Of a stretch of 64,000 nucleotides of DNA, positions 49,374-61,524 are shown piece after piece. Position 1 is the first letter of the stretch, and each line of letters begins with the position of its first letter. The position numbers were made by a program, and so were the translations under genes. Below the pieces are notes generated by a model, which saw nothing but the letters and a program-made list of their open reading frames with translations, was not told the DNA's origin and made no database searches. The stretch covers positions 434,001 through 498,000 of the forward strand of contig JAQGDQ010000118.1 of NCBI GenBank assembly GCA_030141605.1. The letters are read 5' to 3'. Source of the DNA: Tubiluchus corallicola (Eukaryota; Animalia; Priapulida).

Positions 49374-50929
49374 ATCTAGGGTAATAAACAGCAATGGCAT
49401 AACCGATGGGGAACAAGACTAGAATTTATTTCAAAGGGAAACAGGGCAGAATTTTAAAGTTAACCACAGCACAAAATAATCTAAATTATAAAATATTGAT
49501 ACAGAAAATGTTGTTTTTTAAAGAATGACTTAAACAAATGCACTATTACCGTGAAAGCCTAATTTAATTATTTTTGGCTATGCGGGCATTCAACGACTTT
49601 TAATCAGATGATCAATAGCACTCAAATCCCAGAAATGTGTTGCACAAAAAGTAGGTGCTGTACTTAGACCTCAAAATACATTGCACTTGTGATGTGGCAC
49701 ATCCTCGTGAAATTGCGAATTAGCAGAGTGGTAAACTGATTGTCGAATCTTTTGACTTAAAATTTACCTAGTTTTTGGGCACCATAGTCAACATTATAGT
49801 AGCACTTAAACGAGTGCAACATATTTACAGACTATTCTGCCTCTGCCATTAAAAGTTGCACTCGGTTTTAGCATCATCACTAATTGCATCCACTACAATT
49901 AATTAAGTCTCTAAGCTGATATTTAACTACCAATTTGAGACATGTTCACTCAATTTTATTAGAGGCGATAAAATGTATATTTTTACCATATTCCAAAATT
50001 ATGTAGGAAAAATCATCCTGTTACCCTTTAATCACAAATATGTCTGTTATAATAGTAGTATTAATAACGATACATTCAGCTAAGAATTGCAAAATACATT
50101 ATATTATGCACATAATTCATTGCTGTGTTAAATGATGTACTTTGCACAGCTTTTTTTGTTCTTCTTTCAGTCAGTTTTGAGTGCAACGGTAAACTGTAGG
50201 CATTCTGACATCAACAGTTAATAGAGCTAAGAGAACATAATGTTCAATGCAGTCCGTACACTAATAATAATAATAATACTGAGCAGCAGTTAAACACCTT
50301 GCACATAACAGTAATCAAATAAAAATATTGTTAGTATCATCGCAATTAATATTAATAATGTGCTAATATAGCACTCTTAATTCTGTAACTTTCTTAGTTA
50401 ACACGAAAAATCGGAAAGCAATTTACTGTCAGGTTTTGAAGGAGGCATAATAGCAGCTATTTGGCAAAATTTGTCTAAAATGCAGTGACTCCAAAACAAC
50501 AAATTTTATATACACACTTCAAATTAGTAATACTATTACTAATAGTATAGTAATTCATTATAGTAAAATTTTAGTAAGGCTAAGTAAATTTTAATAAGGT
50601 CTATTAGTCACCCATTTCCCAGAAATTTTTTAAACTTGTTACAACTAACTTTCAAAGTACACTACGGATTAACAATATTTATATATTAATAATTGTGTAA
50701 AAAAAATTCTGCTACTTTATGTTATAAATGATTGTGAGAAAACTCTGTCTATTGGCATGCAATTTTAACACTTATTTTTCAAAATAAACAAACCATGTAA
50801 TAAACAACTTCAGAAGAACTGTATTTACACAAATTTTATAAGTATCTTTATTTGATCACGTTCAGAAATCAATATGCAAACACCTGCACATTAAAACAAT
50901 AAAGACCTAATGTAAGCAACATGAGAAAT

Positions 50930-51220
50930 CACCTTTGCTAACTTGCTTCCGTGTTGCGTATACGCAAAGTATACACAATAAAGTAGGGAAAGTCCTTCTG
51001 CGCAGTAGTTCGCGCAGTTAGTGTCGCCCTAACGGCCATTCAGTGCGGCCTGTTGTTGTCAGGTACGCTACAGCGCAGGCTGTGGGAACTGTAGCAGATG
51101 AATTGATGAGACCATCAAAACCAGCCCGGTTAACAGGCGCTCATAAATTGCTCAGCAGTGAGTTGCAAAAACACAAAAAGATATATTTTTAAATTTCGCA
51201 AGGATGCAGCCAGGTAATTA
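50930..51220. promoter_or_regulatory. Candidate CpG-rich (possibly bidirectional) promoter / first-exon region
   Basis: Local CpG enrichment, 14-bp palindrome ttgcgtatacgcaa (50954-50967), outward-facing donor-like sites (minus AAG|gtgatt at 50933, plus CAG|gtaatt at 51213); lies upstream of ZF9/ZF8. Confidence 0.45.
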
Positions 51221-52527
51221 TAATAAAATGTTAATTATAACACAGTTTTGAAACTTTTGTTACTAGTTAAATATTTTGTACGCTAAGCAAAGACTGCGAG
51301 GCCTACATCTCTCTTTGACGATTTATAGCAGCTGTTATCTTTTTGAATATTATTTAAAGTAAGCATAAGGCGTTAAGAATAATTTGTAGTTAAAATAAAA
51401 ATTATTATAATCATATCTCATAAAAATTAATAGGCTTATTTACAAAAGAAGTTAAGAAAGTTGATCAAAAGAAAGAATACCTGGCTCATGTAGTATTCGA
51501 TTTCTGGAGAAATATTTTTTCTAAAAAAACATTTCTATTTCATATAATCTTATCAGGAAATATAACTTGAAGAAATATTAGGCCTGACTTTCATGTGTAA
51601 TACCTTTCATAGAAAAAAAATCGATTTTTTTCAGAAGAGCAAATAATTTTCCAGAACATAACTTAATCTAAGCATCTGCATGTTTTGTTAATTCCAAGTT
51701 AAAAAAATGTTTAAAAAGCATATAATCATACGTTGGCCTTTGTTATAAGTTGGAGTTAGTTATAAAATTACGTTGAACAAGCAGAGATGCATTTACATTA
51801 CTCCTCTTTTTTATTATCAGTAAACAAAAAATAACTGAAGGAAACACCAGAGCTGTCATCCTAAGCAGCCGACATAACTTGTCATAACTCGACACGCGTG
51901 TCATAATACCTTATAATATCATGTGCAGACATTACTTATATTTGGCCTAATTTTTTAAGATTCAGTTAGGCTTACATCAAAATAAATGTTCATTAAATAC
52001 AGTTTGCTTACGTGTAAAAAATGTACTTGTATAATGTTCTTTTGTTTTGTTTATTAATTAGACTCTTTAGTATTATTTTAATGCATGTACTTTGCAGCTT
52101 GATTCAGTTCCCTATTTGAAAGTTTGTTTAAATTTCTGTTTGGCTAGCTTGCTTTTCATTTTATTTACTTTGTTTTTTATTATTTTTATTTAGTATTATT
52201 GTTATTATTTTGCATGTTTTTCTCATATTGAGTTATGCATGGACGATATGACAGCTTGAATTTGGTCATTTTTTGCACTAATGTTTTTCTTTTGCTAATA
52301 GGTACTATTACGACCTTTGTTACTTTATTAGTAAGGTATAAATCAATTTAAATGAAATTATTCATTCATCGCAGCCTATATCAAAATCATAATTGCATAT
52401 TATGTTTTTCTTATGTTTCCTTGCTATTATTACATCATTTACTTTATTACATCAATTTCATTGAGTCATCTACAAAAGCACGCATATCTTTAATAATTTT
52501 TTCACTTTCATTTAAGTAAGGTGAGTC

Positions 52528-52654
52528 GGTGAGTGTGTTAATGACCGCATGGTCGTATACTCACCTCACACTACTCAAATCATTTTTTTTATTGTTTATT
52601 TATGTGTACAATATTGTATTTTGATGTGTGAAATAAAATTCATAGTTCATAGTT
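52528..52654 (+). mobile_element. LINE-type 3' tail remnant
   Basis: Stem-loop ggtgagtgtg..gaccgcatggtc..tatactcacc, AATAAA, (ttcatag)n. Confidence 0.5.
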
Positions 52655-53029
52655 CCGTCTTTCTTTTAACTCTCTCTCCCTCTCTTTCTCTCTAAGAGAG
52701 GGAGGGAGAAAAAAATCAATAAATCAATGAAAATTTTTCATTACTTTTTTACATAGTAGGTAGCCCATCACGCAGTCAGCTAGCCTCTTTTCTCAGGAAA
52801 AACAATAAAATTTTACTTACAAGAAAACTGAACAGGCATTTGCAAGTACATATTACAAACTTATTGCTACAATTTTTTTCCTTTTCATGAAATGTTTTCA
52901 GTTTTTTTAAACTAATAATTGTTTTTAATTGAGATATACTTCTTTTATTAAAAACGCAAAAGTGATTTTGGCTTATCAAAATTGCACGTATGCCAACACT
53001 ACTGGTGAACTTAATAATATTATTATTAC

Positions 53030-53260
53030 AGTCAATGCGGCGCTCCAAATTTTTCACTGAATGGCCGTTTGATGCCGCCAGCATAGCCGCTAATCGCATA
53101 AAGGAAATACGTAACATTAGGTAATTTCGTCACTTCCTTTTTGTACACTTTGGTATACGCGTCAAGGTGGCCGTTTGTATCCATTTACATCGACACGTTA
53201 TAGTGCTTATCAGTATCAAAACCGGCTGCTGCCGGTGACGCGCAACAAGCCAACAACTCG
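53030..53260 (+). promoter_or_regulatory. Candidate promoter, inverted homologue of the 51 kb region
   Basis: cactgaatggccgtt (53055-53069) is the exact reverse complement of 51031-51045; second shared motif at 53142-53160. Confidence 0.4.
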
Positions 53261-53289
53261 TTGGAAAATAAGATCTTTTAGCGAAGAAT

Positions 53290-54925
53290 GTCTATATTTA
53301 ACAATTGTTGGAGTAGTCTACTTTTCTTTCTATCTGCAATAATTGGGTGGCGTAAGGAAAATCTAAAAATTGGAGACCTCAATTGAAGAAGACTTAAATC
53401 TGATATTAAACAAAGTCATTTAGCTGTTGATATGGGATCTTATCAATTAGTTGTACTGTCGGTACAAGAAACCCATGTAACTGCAAGCAGAATAATTACT
53501 CTTGGATCAAAAACTGGGAAAAGCTATGATCATTATTATCGTGGTATCAATAACAGTAAGGATGATGGTGTTGGGAACATTGTTAAACATCCATATTTCA
53601 AAAGTTGACTGAAAAGATTTGTATGATTAATGTAAAGATCGATAACAACCAATATTCCGTTATATCTGCCTATGCACCTACGCTACCTGTAAGTGAGAAA
53701 AATCCTGTGGCTTAGACAGTAGATAGTAAGACTTAGACAGTATCACACAGACAGTAAGCAATCGTGATTTTCTTACAGTAGCAGGTTATTTTAATGCAAA
53801 AACTAGTTCAGGGTAGAACTATTATCCAGACAATATTAGCAAATTTGAGAAAGGTGTCCCATAAACAGCAATGAAGAATATCTTCTAAATATTGCACAAC
53901 TAAGTGAATTGATATTTATTAACACAACTTTTGATTATAAGATAGCTCATAGAACTACACAGGAAGCTCCAAATAGGAAAAAATAAGAAAAAAAACCTGT
54001 TGGGGAAATGATTGACTATACTATGGTTAAGCAGAAACACAGGATTAGTGTAAATGATGCAAGATCATACAGTGGCAGTGAAACTCCCTCAGACCTGAGA
54101 CTAGTAATTGCAAAGTTCAATGTAAAGGAGAAGTGGCAACTCTGGCAAAGGACAATATATCTAGGCTATTTCAGTGTGACAAATTAAAACATTTGGGTGA
54201 CTCTACAAACAGAGCAAAGAAAATTTTTGGCAATGAACAAGTTGACAAATAATCAGCTGAACAGAAATAAATTAGGTTGAAGCACAATGCAGCCAAAGAC
54301 ACGTAGCTTAGACAGAAATTCCAAAAGTTACGCAGTCAGAAGCTAAAAGAGCTTAGGGGTGTGGTCTGCCAGGTTAAAGAGAAAAGTTATTAGAAGATAT
54401 TGCAGAAATTGAAAACAGCAAAGATGACTCTAGTGGGATGTATAAAGCAGTCTAGAAAATCAATAGAAGTTAGCCAAAAGGCAGAATATTAGTTGAAATC
54501 GATGATGGGGTACTGCCAATGAACTAGAAGCATCAGAAATTATAACTACGTTTTTTGAAATTGCTTATAACAATAATAATGCAAAAAACATTCCTGAGAT
54601 TAAATCAATGGCAATGGAATCACTTTTTGTTCCTGAAGAGGTTTTAAAGGTATAAAATCTTTAAAGAATGGAAAAAGCCCAGGTGTAGATAATCTTGTAG
54701 CAGAACAGTTAAAGCATGGGCCATAGATTATTAACATTGGAATATCAAATTTACTAAACACTACTGCAGAAATAGGAAACCATCCGAAAGAAGTTAAGCA
54801 GGGGATATTAGTGCCTATTCCAAAACCTAAAAAGAAGAACCAGCAGAAGATTTAAGATCAATTATACTGCTGAGTTTGTTAGAGAAAATGTTAGTTAGTC
54901 ATATGCATGATCAGACACATACATG
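53290..54925 (+). mobile_element. Decayed RTE-clade LINE (AP endonuclease + start of RT)
   Basis: Broken frames: VVLSVQETH, VISAYAPT, AGYFNAK, FINTTF, MIDY, DARSYSG..SDLRLVIAKF, LKNGKSPGVDNLVAEQLKHG, GILVPIPKP, DLRSIILLS; many stops and frameshifts. Confidence 0.85.
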
Positions 54926-56539
54926 ACATGACCACGCAACTCTAAGTAGTATCATGCTGAGCATCGACAAAGAACGTCCAATTTTGTCATTGCAATATTG
55001 TTTTAGCTCAAATCAACTTTTTTCTTTTTCTATTATTTTTTTGTTGTCCTTATGTAATCTTGTGAACCATAATTTTAGCATATCAATGCACCATATTAGC
55101 TCGTTGTGTGGTCTGCGAAAAGCCTGACTTTTTCATATATGGGTGGTGAATTATTGCACATAAAATATTGCAAAATTGGCTACCTATTTTTTTATAAAAA
55201 CTTATTATACCTTTGACGGAGGTTGACAGTGTGTTATTTGTGACAAGAGTCACAGTTTCTTCAGGAGGAATGACGTCGTTGGGAGAAGAATGGAGCGAGC
55301 TATGCAGATAGGAGTGCCCAAGCGAGAAACGATCGCGATTAGAGTAATATTATCATTATACCAGGCGCTTACTGCGGTTTTTTTGCTAAATCTTTCTAAC
55401 ATTTTCCGTGAACATTCAAATAAACCCAGCTTTCCAGATGGCTTGACTTTCCTGTAAAGACCAGAATAACGATAAATAGAACCATTCGTTTTTTGCACAC
55501 GGAATTCACAAGTAAACTTATTTTGTTAAAAAATCAAAAAATCATTGGTTGGTGTCACTTTTGAGGGAAAAACCGTTACGGGGAAGTCTTTCAGAAAGCG
55601 AGCACGTTGACGTTGCTGCGACGGTCGTGGCGAATAAGCGTTAACAAGCAGAAAGTTAGAAATCAAAAAACTCGGTTTGGCATCGAAGAAGATTTCAGTT
55701 TGATGTCTTGCTGTGATGTGCGAACTTTTTAGTTAAAATTTGTTTTAATTTTATCGTTTTCAGCTAACTAGCATACATTTTATAGAACCTTGCAACTTTA
55801 CGTTTAGGTACTATATCGCTTATATCGCACCAAATGTTTAATTTGTCTGCTTGATTAGTTTCAAAATTAGAAAAAGGCAGAGCATGTTAACAACAATAAG
55901 TGAAATCCAGGTTTTTTTAGTTTTCTGATTTTGAGCTCTGATCTGGGCTTTTATTTTACTGCGTATCTGTAACTAAGTTACCTAAATTCCTGCAGTTGTT
56001 ATTTAAATGGAGGAAATAAGCTCTTAATGTCTTATTTTATTTTTGCAAAACGTGAATTCGTGATTCGGTCTAGATGGTGCCCTGCATTGCCATTACTTAG
56101 TTTCAAGAATCAATAATATGTAAGATTGTGAAGTAGAATTTGCTGGCAGTAAATACCATGACTGTATTAGCTCTCTCCTACTATGCAGGCTTCAAGTTTA
56201 TTTTATTTGCACTTTGTAATAATAACAATACAAATGCTGGGACTGCCAGTGTATATAGCATAAAGTATATTTAAAACATTTACACATCACAATATTATTT
56301 AGCCGATCTGATTATTTTAAATGAGTCATAGTACTCATAGTACTAAAATGAGATTAAAAATTTCAAGATCTCTTCAAACAAATTGACATAATAAGAAACT
56401 ATTTACTGGGTGAGCTTAGAACAGAGTTAAGACCAGTTATTAATGATGGAACATTTAGAAAATTGAGATTTTGAAACACTAAGACATAAAAACCATATCA
56501 GTACAAAAATGCAATCGTACCACTTACTAGAAACGAAGC

Positions 56540-56780
56540 CACTTATCAAAATTTAGATTATCAGATTCTCTTTTAAAGAGAAGAAATGCTTTCTGCTTCC
56601 AAAGGTAACAAATTCCAAATAGAAATGGTTCTGATAACGAAACAACTAGCCTAACATTTGAATTACATTGCGTTATGAAAATTTTATAAGGATGGCCTGT
56701 TTTACCAATAGTAACTTCAGTCTGGCAGTTAAAAATTACAAGTCACTGTTAAAATGTAAATAGGCCTCTTGCAGCAGCTT
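56540..56780 (-). mobile_element. Small CR1-like LINE 3' fragment
   Basis: Minus strand reads FVIRTISIWNLLP; boundaries approximate. Confidence 0.4.
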
Positions 56781-59700
56781 GCAATTTCATTTTTGACTGT
56801 GGGGGTGGGTTTGACTTTTTTTTATTTAATTGTTGTAAGAATTTTTGCTATGCTGTAAATAACCTACAAATAATGATTATAAACATTTAAATTTGTTTAA
56901 TGCATGGTACTTTAAACTGTAAATAGTTTTTAATAATGAACTTTATTGCAGAAGTACCCGCCATATCGCTGCACCCCAGTAAACATTTTGTTTCTGCCAA
57001 AGGTAACATTTTAGTTATTTTTTGAAATTCCAGCTGTTCCTTTAAAATTATCGCAGACACTATTACCTAGTACCATAGTATTGCACAGTCACCTCCAAGT
57101 TTACCATGTAAACAGTGAACAAGTATACTCGAAGATCCCCAAATGAGCCATTGCAGCAGAAATGATGAAAACTCAGAACCATAGATGAAAGCAACAGGCC
57201 CGCATACATGAAGGTTTAAAATGTGCTGGAATTGCTATATTTAATTTACTTTAATTTCAGCATGCTTGACGACTGCTTAGTAGAATAGTGATGAGATCCT
57301 TCATTATTTAGGATGGCTGCTGTTTAATCAATGAGAACTCGAGCTAATATTGTACTTTTACAAAATTATACTATTGCGGTTTCCTTTAAATACTCTCTTT
57401 AATGATGGTAATATTAGTTTGAACAGCTTTTAAAAGAATTAAGGTTGTTTTTAAAATACTTAATATTTTACCACATAACCACTAAATATATAAAAACACG
57501 GAATGATTTTACACAGGTCACCATTAACCACTAACTTCAAATGATATAAATTACAGAGTTTATAATTCTTTTCATTTTCGGCAATAAAATTCTATTTGGC
57601 TAAGGTACGTTATTCCCTTTTGACTTGATATTTTATGCTGAATTTGGTTTGTCAGCACAGCCGATCATTCGGTCAAGCTTTAGTTCGGTGGCACTGAAGC
57701 ATAAAAAAATTGATTTCATTTCATCTGATGAAAATGTCGGTTTGGTGTTCCCCTAGTTTGGTTTGAAAGTTTTTTAGTCATTATAAATGCATTATTAGCA
57801 CTGTATTGACTTGTGGAGATAAAATAAATAAATTGAAATTGATGTGGTACGAAAACTGCAAAATTTATATTTAACAGTGCAGCAAAAAGCTTTAACAAAA
57901 CAGCAGTACTAAAATTGCGCATTATTATATACAATAAAATTACAATTTAAGTGAGTTATAATTAAAATTAGCAGTTGCAGAAAATAGTTTAAATCGTGAC
58001 ACATTAGAACATAAAGTTATTCTTTGAAAGGTTTTATATTTAACTACACTTAAATGACAATTAATTTCTACATTTAAATAATCATATTAAATTAAATTAA
58101 AAGTGTGTAAACCAGGCATTTGTTTTTTGAAGTTTCAGTATTGGGCTAATTTGAAATATAGTAAAATCGTTCCAACCATGCCCTTCGCATTTAAAGCATT
58201 TGTGAGCAAGCGTTTGTTAAAGCAAAAGCCGAGTATCTCGGGAAGTTGAGCTTATTTTAATATTTTGGAAAAATGTTAGAAAGTTTCAGCAATAAAATCT
58301 TGATAAACATCTCGTGTAATTAGTAAAATTAATTTGAAGTCGTGATCACTTTACACTTGGGCGCGCTGATTTTAGACGAGAAATGGCGTCATTCCATTTC
58401 CGTGCAATATAAACACTTATCCCGCCAGGTGCTTCAGAATCTTTTTTAACTTATACAACGAACTCTGTAAATTAGGTAATAAGCCCGGCACTTGATACAT
58501 GTAGGCAAGTTTACATGCATATGTACTAATCAACAAAAATCCATGAATTAATTATTTGCACAATTAATGTTAATTGCTTACACATTTTTAAGGTGTAATT
58601 CTGTAGATTAAAGCAATGTTATCACTTTAAATCTGATCATAATTGTTTGAACGACTAATTTTTGGATAAACACAATTAAACACAACATTAGAATAACGGA
58701 ACTTCTAAGCAAACTGTAGAAATTTTGCAACGCGTACCCTTCATCACAGCTTGCTTTCACGGCATTCACACTGCCCAGCATACACCAGGTTACGTCATTT
58801 TTTCAAATATACCGGCATCAACGTTCGTTTGGCGGAAAATAAGAAATAATTAAATTTTTTTATACTTTTAAGCAAAGCATTCTTTGTGCATATTTTGTAT
58901 TGTGATTTCTATATTTTTAATTGCTAATTAAAGTGCAATAAATGTTATTCGAGGGTTGGTTCTTTCTTTGACTGTTTTTAGCTGCATTTGAGCCTTTTTT
59001 CTACCTGATTGTAAAGCCCCACTCCTGAATATACTTGTGAGTTCTTTTTCTGCTTAGTTCGAGGTTTTGGAATTTGTAACTGCCCACTTGATGCATTTGT
59101 TGTATTGTGCACGGATGCATTTTGTCTGAACTGTAGTGTAATTCTGTCAGGCACAGAATGGTAGCAGCCTGATCTTCAAGAAAACGGTTTGTTTGGGCTT
59201 TACGGTGACAAACAAAGTCGTCATTTTTTGCTTAGCATAACAGTTTATTTGTTTAGCATAATGTTTAACATAACAGTTTGTATACCATCTTCACGTCACA
59301 TGCCCCTTAGTCATTTACTTCACATCTGACACTGAGCGCCATTACCCAAAATTATACATTTTGTCTGAAACAAGATGTATAAATTCCTTTAATAAACTAA
59401 CTCATTTCTATCAAAAGATCGATTGCGATTACGTGAAATTAATGAGAGACTTACAGTAAATAAAATAAATGACTAAATAAAATTTACATACATCGTTGGC
59501 ATTAAATCGTGAGTTCACAGAAACACGTCATCACTTGAACACCTTGAAACTTAAATGACCGGAAATTCACTAGGATGCAAATATTGAAGCCAGATGTCGC
59601 CACTTGTAACTGTAAAACGCTGTATTAAATTTAACAAACAAAAATCCTTGACACGGTTAATGACGATGTTGTTATGTCTAGATATGAAATTGTGAATGTT

Positions 59701-59968
59701 TTTCTGATTTTAAAAGAATACAAGAATTAGCGTGAAATTCTTGCTGGAAAGGAAAAGCAACATGCTTGGAAAATCACCTGTGTGGTTATCAGCAGTTGGA
59801 AAATCTTTGTGTGCAAACATTTTTCTTTGATATTCTTCTTGCTTATTGAAGTCTTAATTTTTCTCTTTCCTATATACTATAGGTTCCTGTAACTGACGAC
59901 AGCTTTTTTGTTTTTTTGCAGAAATTTTATTTAATTTAACGATATCCTGGAAGGGTTAAGAGCACAAG

Positions 59969-60814
59969 ATGGAGTTGGATAATGCGGTCATCTACTATAA
60001 ATGTACAGCATGTTCAGAAATATTTATGGAAGAGGACTGTTTCTTTGCGCACAGCCGGGCGTGGCACTGTAAGGTGCTCATCAGTGTGGGCCAAGATGCA
60101 GACGTGGATCTACTGGAATCCACTTTTTCACAGATAGCCAGCACATTTAACTCTAACTCGTATACCGACAGCACAAGTATTATACCCCAAAGTAGCGCCA
60201 ATGTTTTCCCAGAGCCCACAAATCCTGCCAACGGAGAAGATCCCATGGCAGAAGGGGATGTCAACCACGGTGAGGGCGGCGGCATCGAACCCAAGCGTGA
60301 ATTGCCCGGAACGGTAATGAGTTGTAGCTTTGCCGATGCCAGAGTGAAAGATGAGTCGAAACCACTTTTTCCTGACGAAACCGATGCGAACCTCGCTCCC
60401 TCGGCAAATGTAACGTTCGACCATTCACATCTCAATATTCCTGTTAGAGGAATGTTCCCGCTTTCTTCTACTTTACCAACTATGACTGGTATCAGGAGAA
60501 CCACGTTTGGCATTAGGGCATCGGCAAAGAACTACAAGACGAACACGTCACTCAATCGACGGAAGAGCACGCCCGTCTATTTATCGTCAGCGTCCACATC
60601 TAGCGTTAACGAGTCGAGCGCTAACGAGCCGACGCAACGAGTGACAATCAGCGGGTTTCCTTGCCGCTGGTGTAGTCTGATGTGTTCTCGTCGTTCTGAT
60701 TTGAGAGTTCACGAGAGGGTACATACAGGAGAACGTCCTTATAAATGCCAGATATGCGAGAAGAGCTTTAAGCGTTCGTCGCATCTCAAAACTCATAAGC
60801 AGACACACAGATAA
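59969..60814 (+). CDS. ZF10: family N-module + 2 C2H2 fingers (281 aa)
   Basis: MELDNAVIYYKCTACSEIF..FFAHSRAWHCKVLISVG; QRVTISGFPC; HTGERPY; acceptor ending 59921. Confidence 0.92.
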   Translation: MELDNAVIYYKCTACSEIFMEEDCFFAHSRAWHCKVLISVGQDADVDLLESTFSQIASTFNSNSYTDSTSIIPQSSANVFPEPTNPANGEDPMAEGDVNHGEGGGIEPKRELPGTVMSCSFADARVKDESKPLFPDETDANLAPSANVTFDHSHLNIPVRGMFPLSSTLPTMTGIRRTTFGIRASAKNYKTNTSLNRRKSTPVYLSSASTSSVNESSANEPTQRVTISGFPCRWCSLMCSRRSDLRVHERVHTGERPYKCQICEKSFKRSSHLKTHKQTHR

Positions 60815-61122
60815 CTGTTCCTGTGTGCTGCCAGCTGCCAATGCTTGTAGCAGGCAGTTTAAGACAATGCTCATTCAACATATAACTGCTTCCTGTCATA
60901 ACATTGGTGAATGTGGGTTGTATTTATTTTCGGAACGTATTCTTTCGCATGCATATCGCACAGACTACGTTCGAACGTGTATTTTAGGATATACTTGTTT
61001 AGTTTTGTGTTCTGGTACAGAACGAGGCTCTTGAAGCTTTTTAACTCAGCGTTTTAGGATCTCACTTTTTAGCAGACTGGATACGAGCGTATTTGCGGTG
61101 AACATGTTGTTACTGATTAAAC

Positions 61123-61524
61123 CAGGGGTGTGCAAATTGCGGCCCGCGAGCCACTGCCGAGAGAATTTGTGCGGCCCGCGAAGAGATCTGTCAACCTAAT
61201 GAAAGTGCGACCCGGGCGATTAATTGAGTGTATCCAGCTGAAGTCCTTACCACGATTCCAAAGATAGTGCGGGTAGTTTTTTCTACTAGATCGGATGCCA
61301 TTAACCCTTACAAGACGGTTTTAGCTTAATAACACTGTACTACACAGACTGTGTGATATACATTACTAATATGCATTGTAATGAAATTACCACTATCTGT
61401 CCTGAAAGTCGAAATATATGGTTTGTAATATAAATTTTAATAACTTATCAAGCTGCCTGTGGCCCGCAGGAATTGCGGGAAAGTTTAATGTGGCCTGGCT
61501 AGTCAGACAATTTGCACACCCCTG
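61123..61524. mobile_element. hAT MITE family A, copy 5 (internally deleted)
   Basis: Same TIR; perfect TSD gattaaac. Confidence 0.93.

Noticed and set aside
59995-60513. Antisense and alternate-frame ORFs overlapping ZF genes (also 15738-16079, 29392-29871)
   Set aside because: Shadow ORFs of real coding sequence, not conserved between paralogues.
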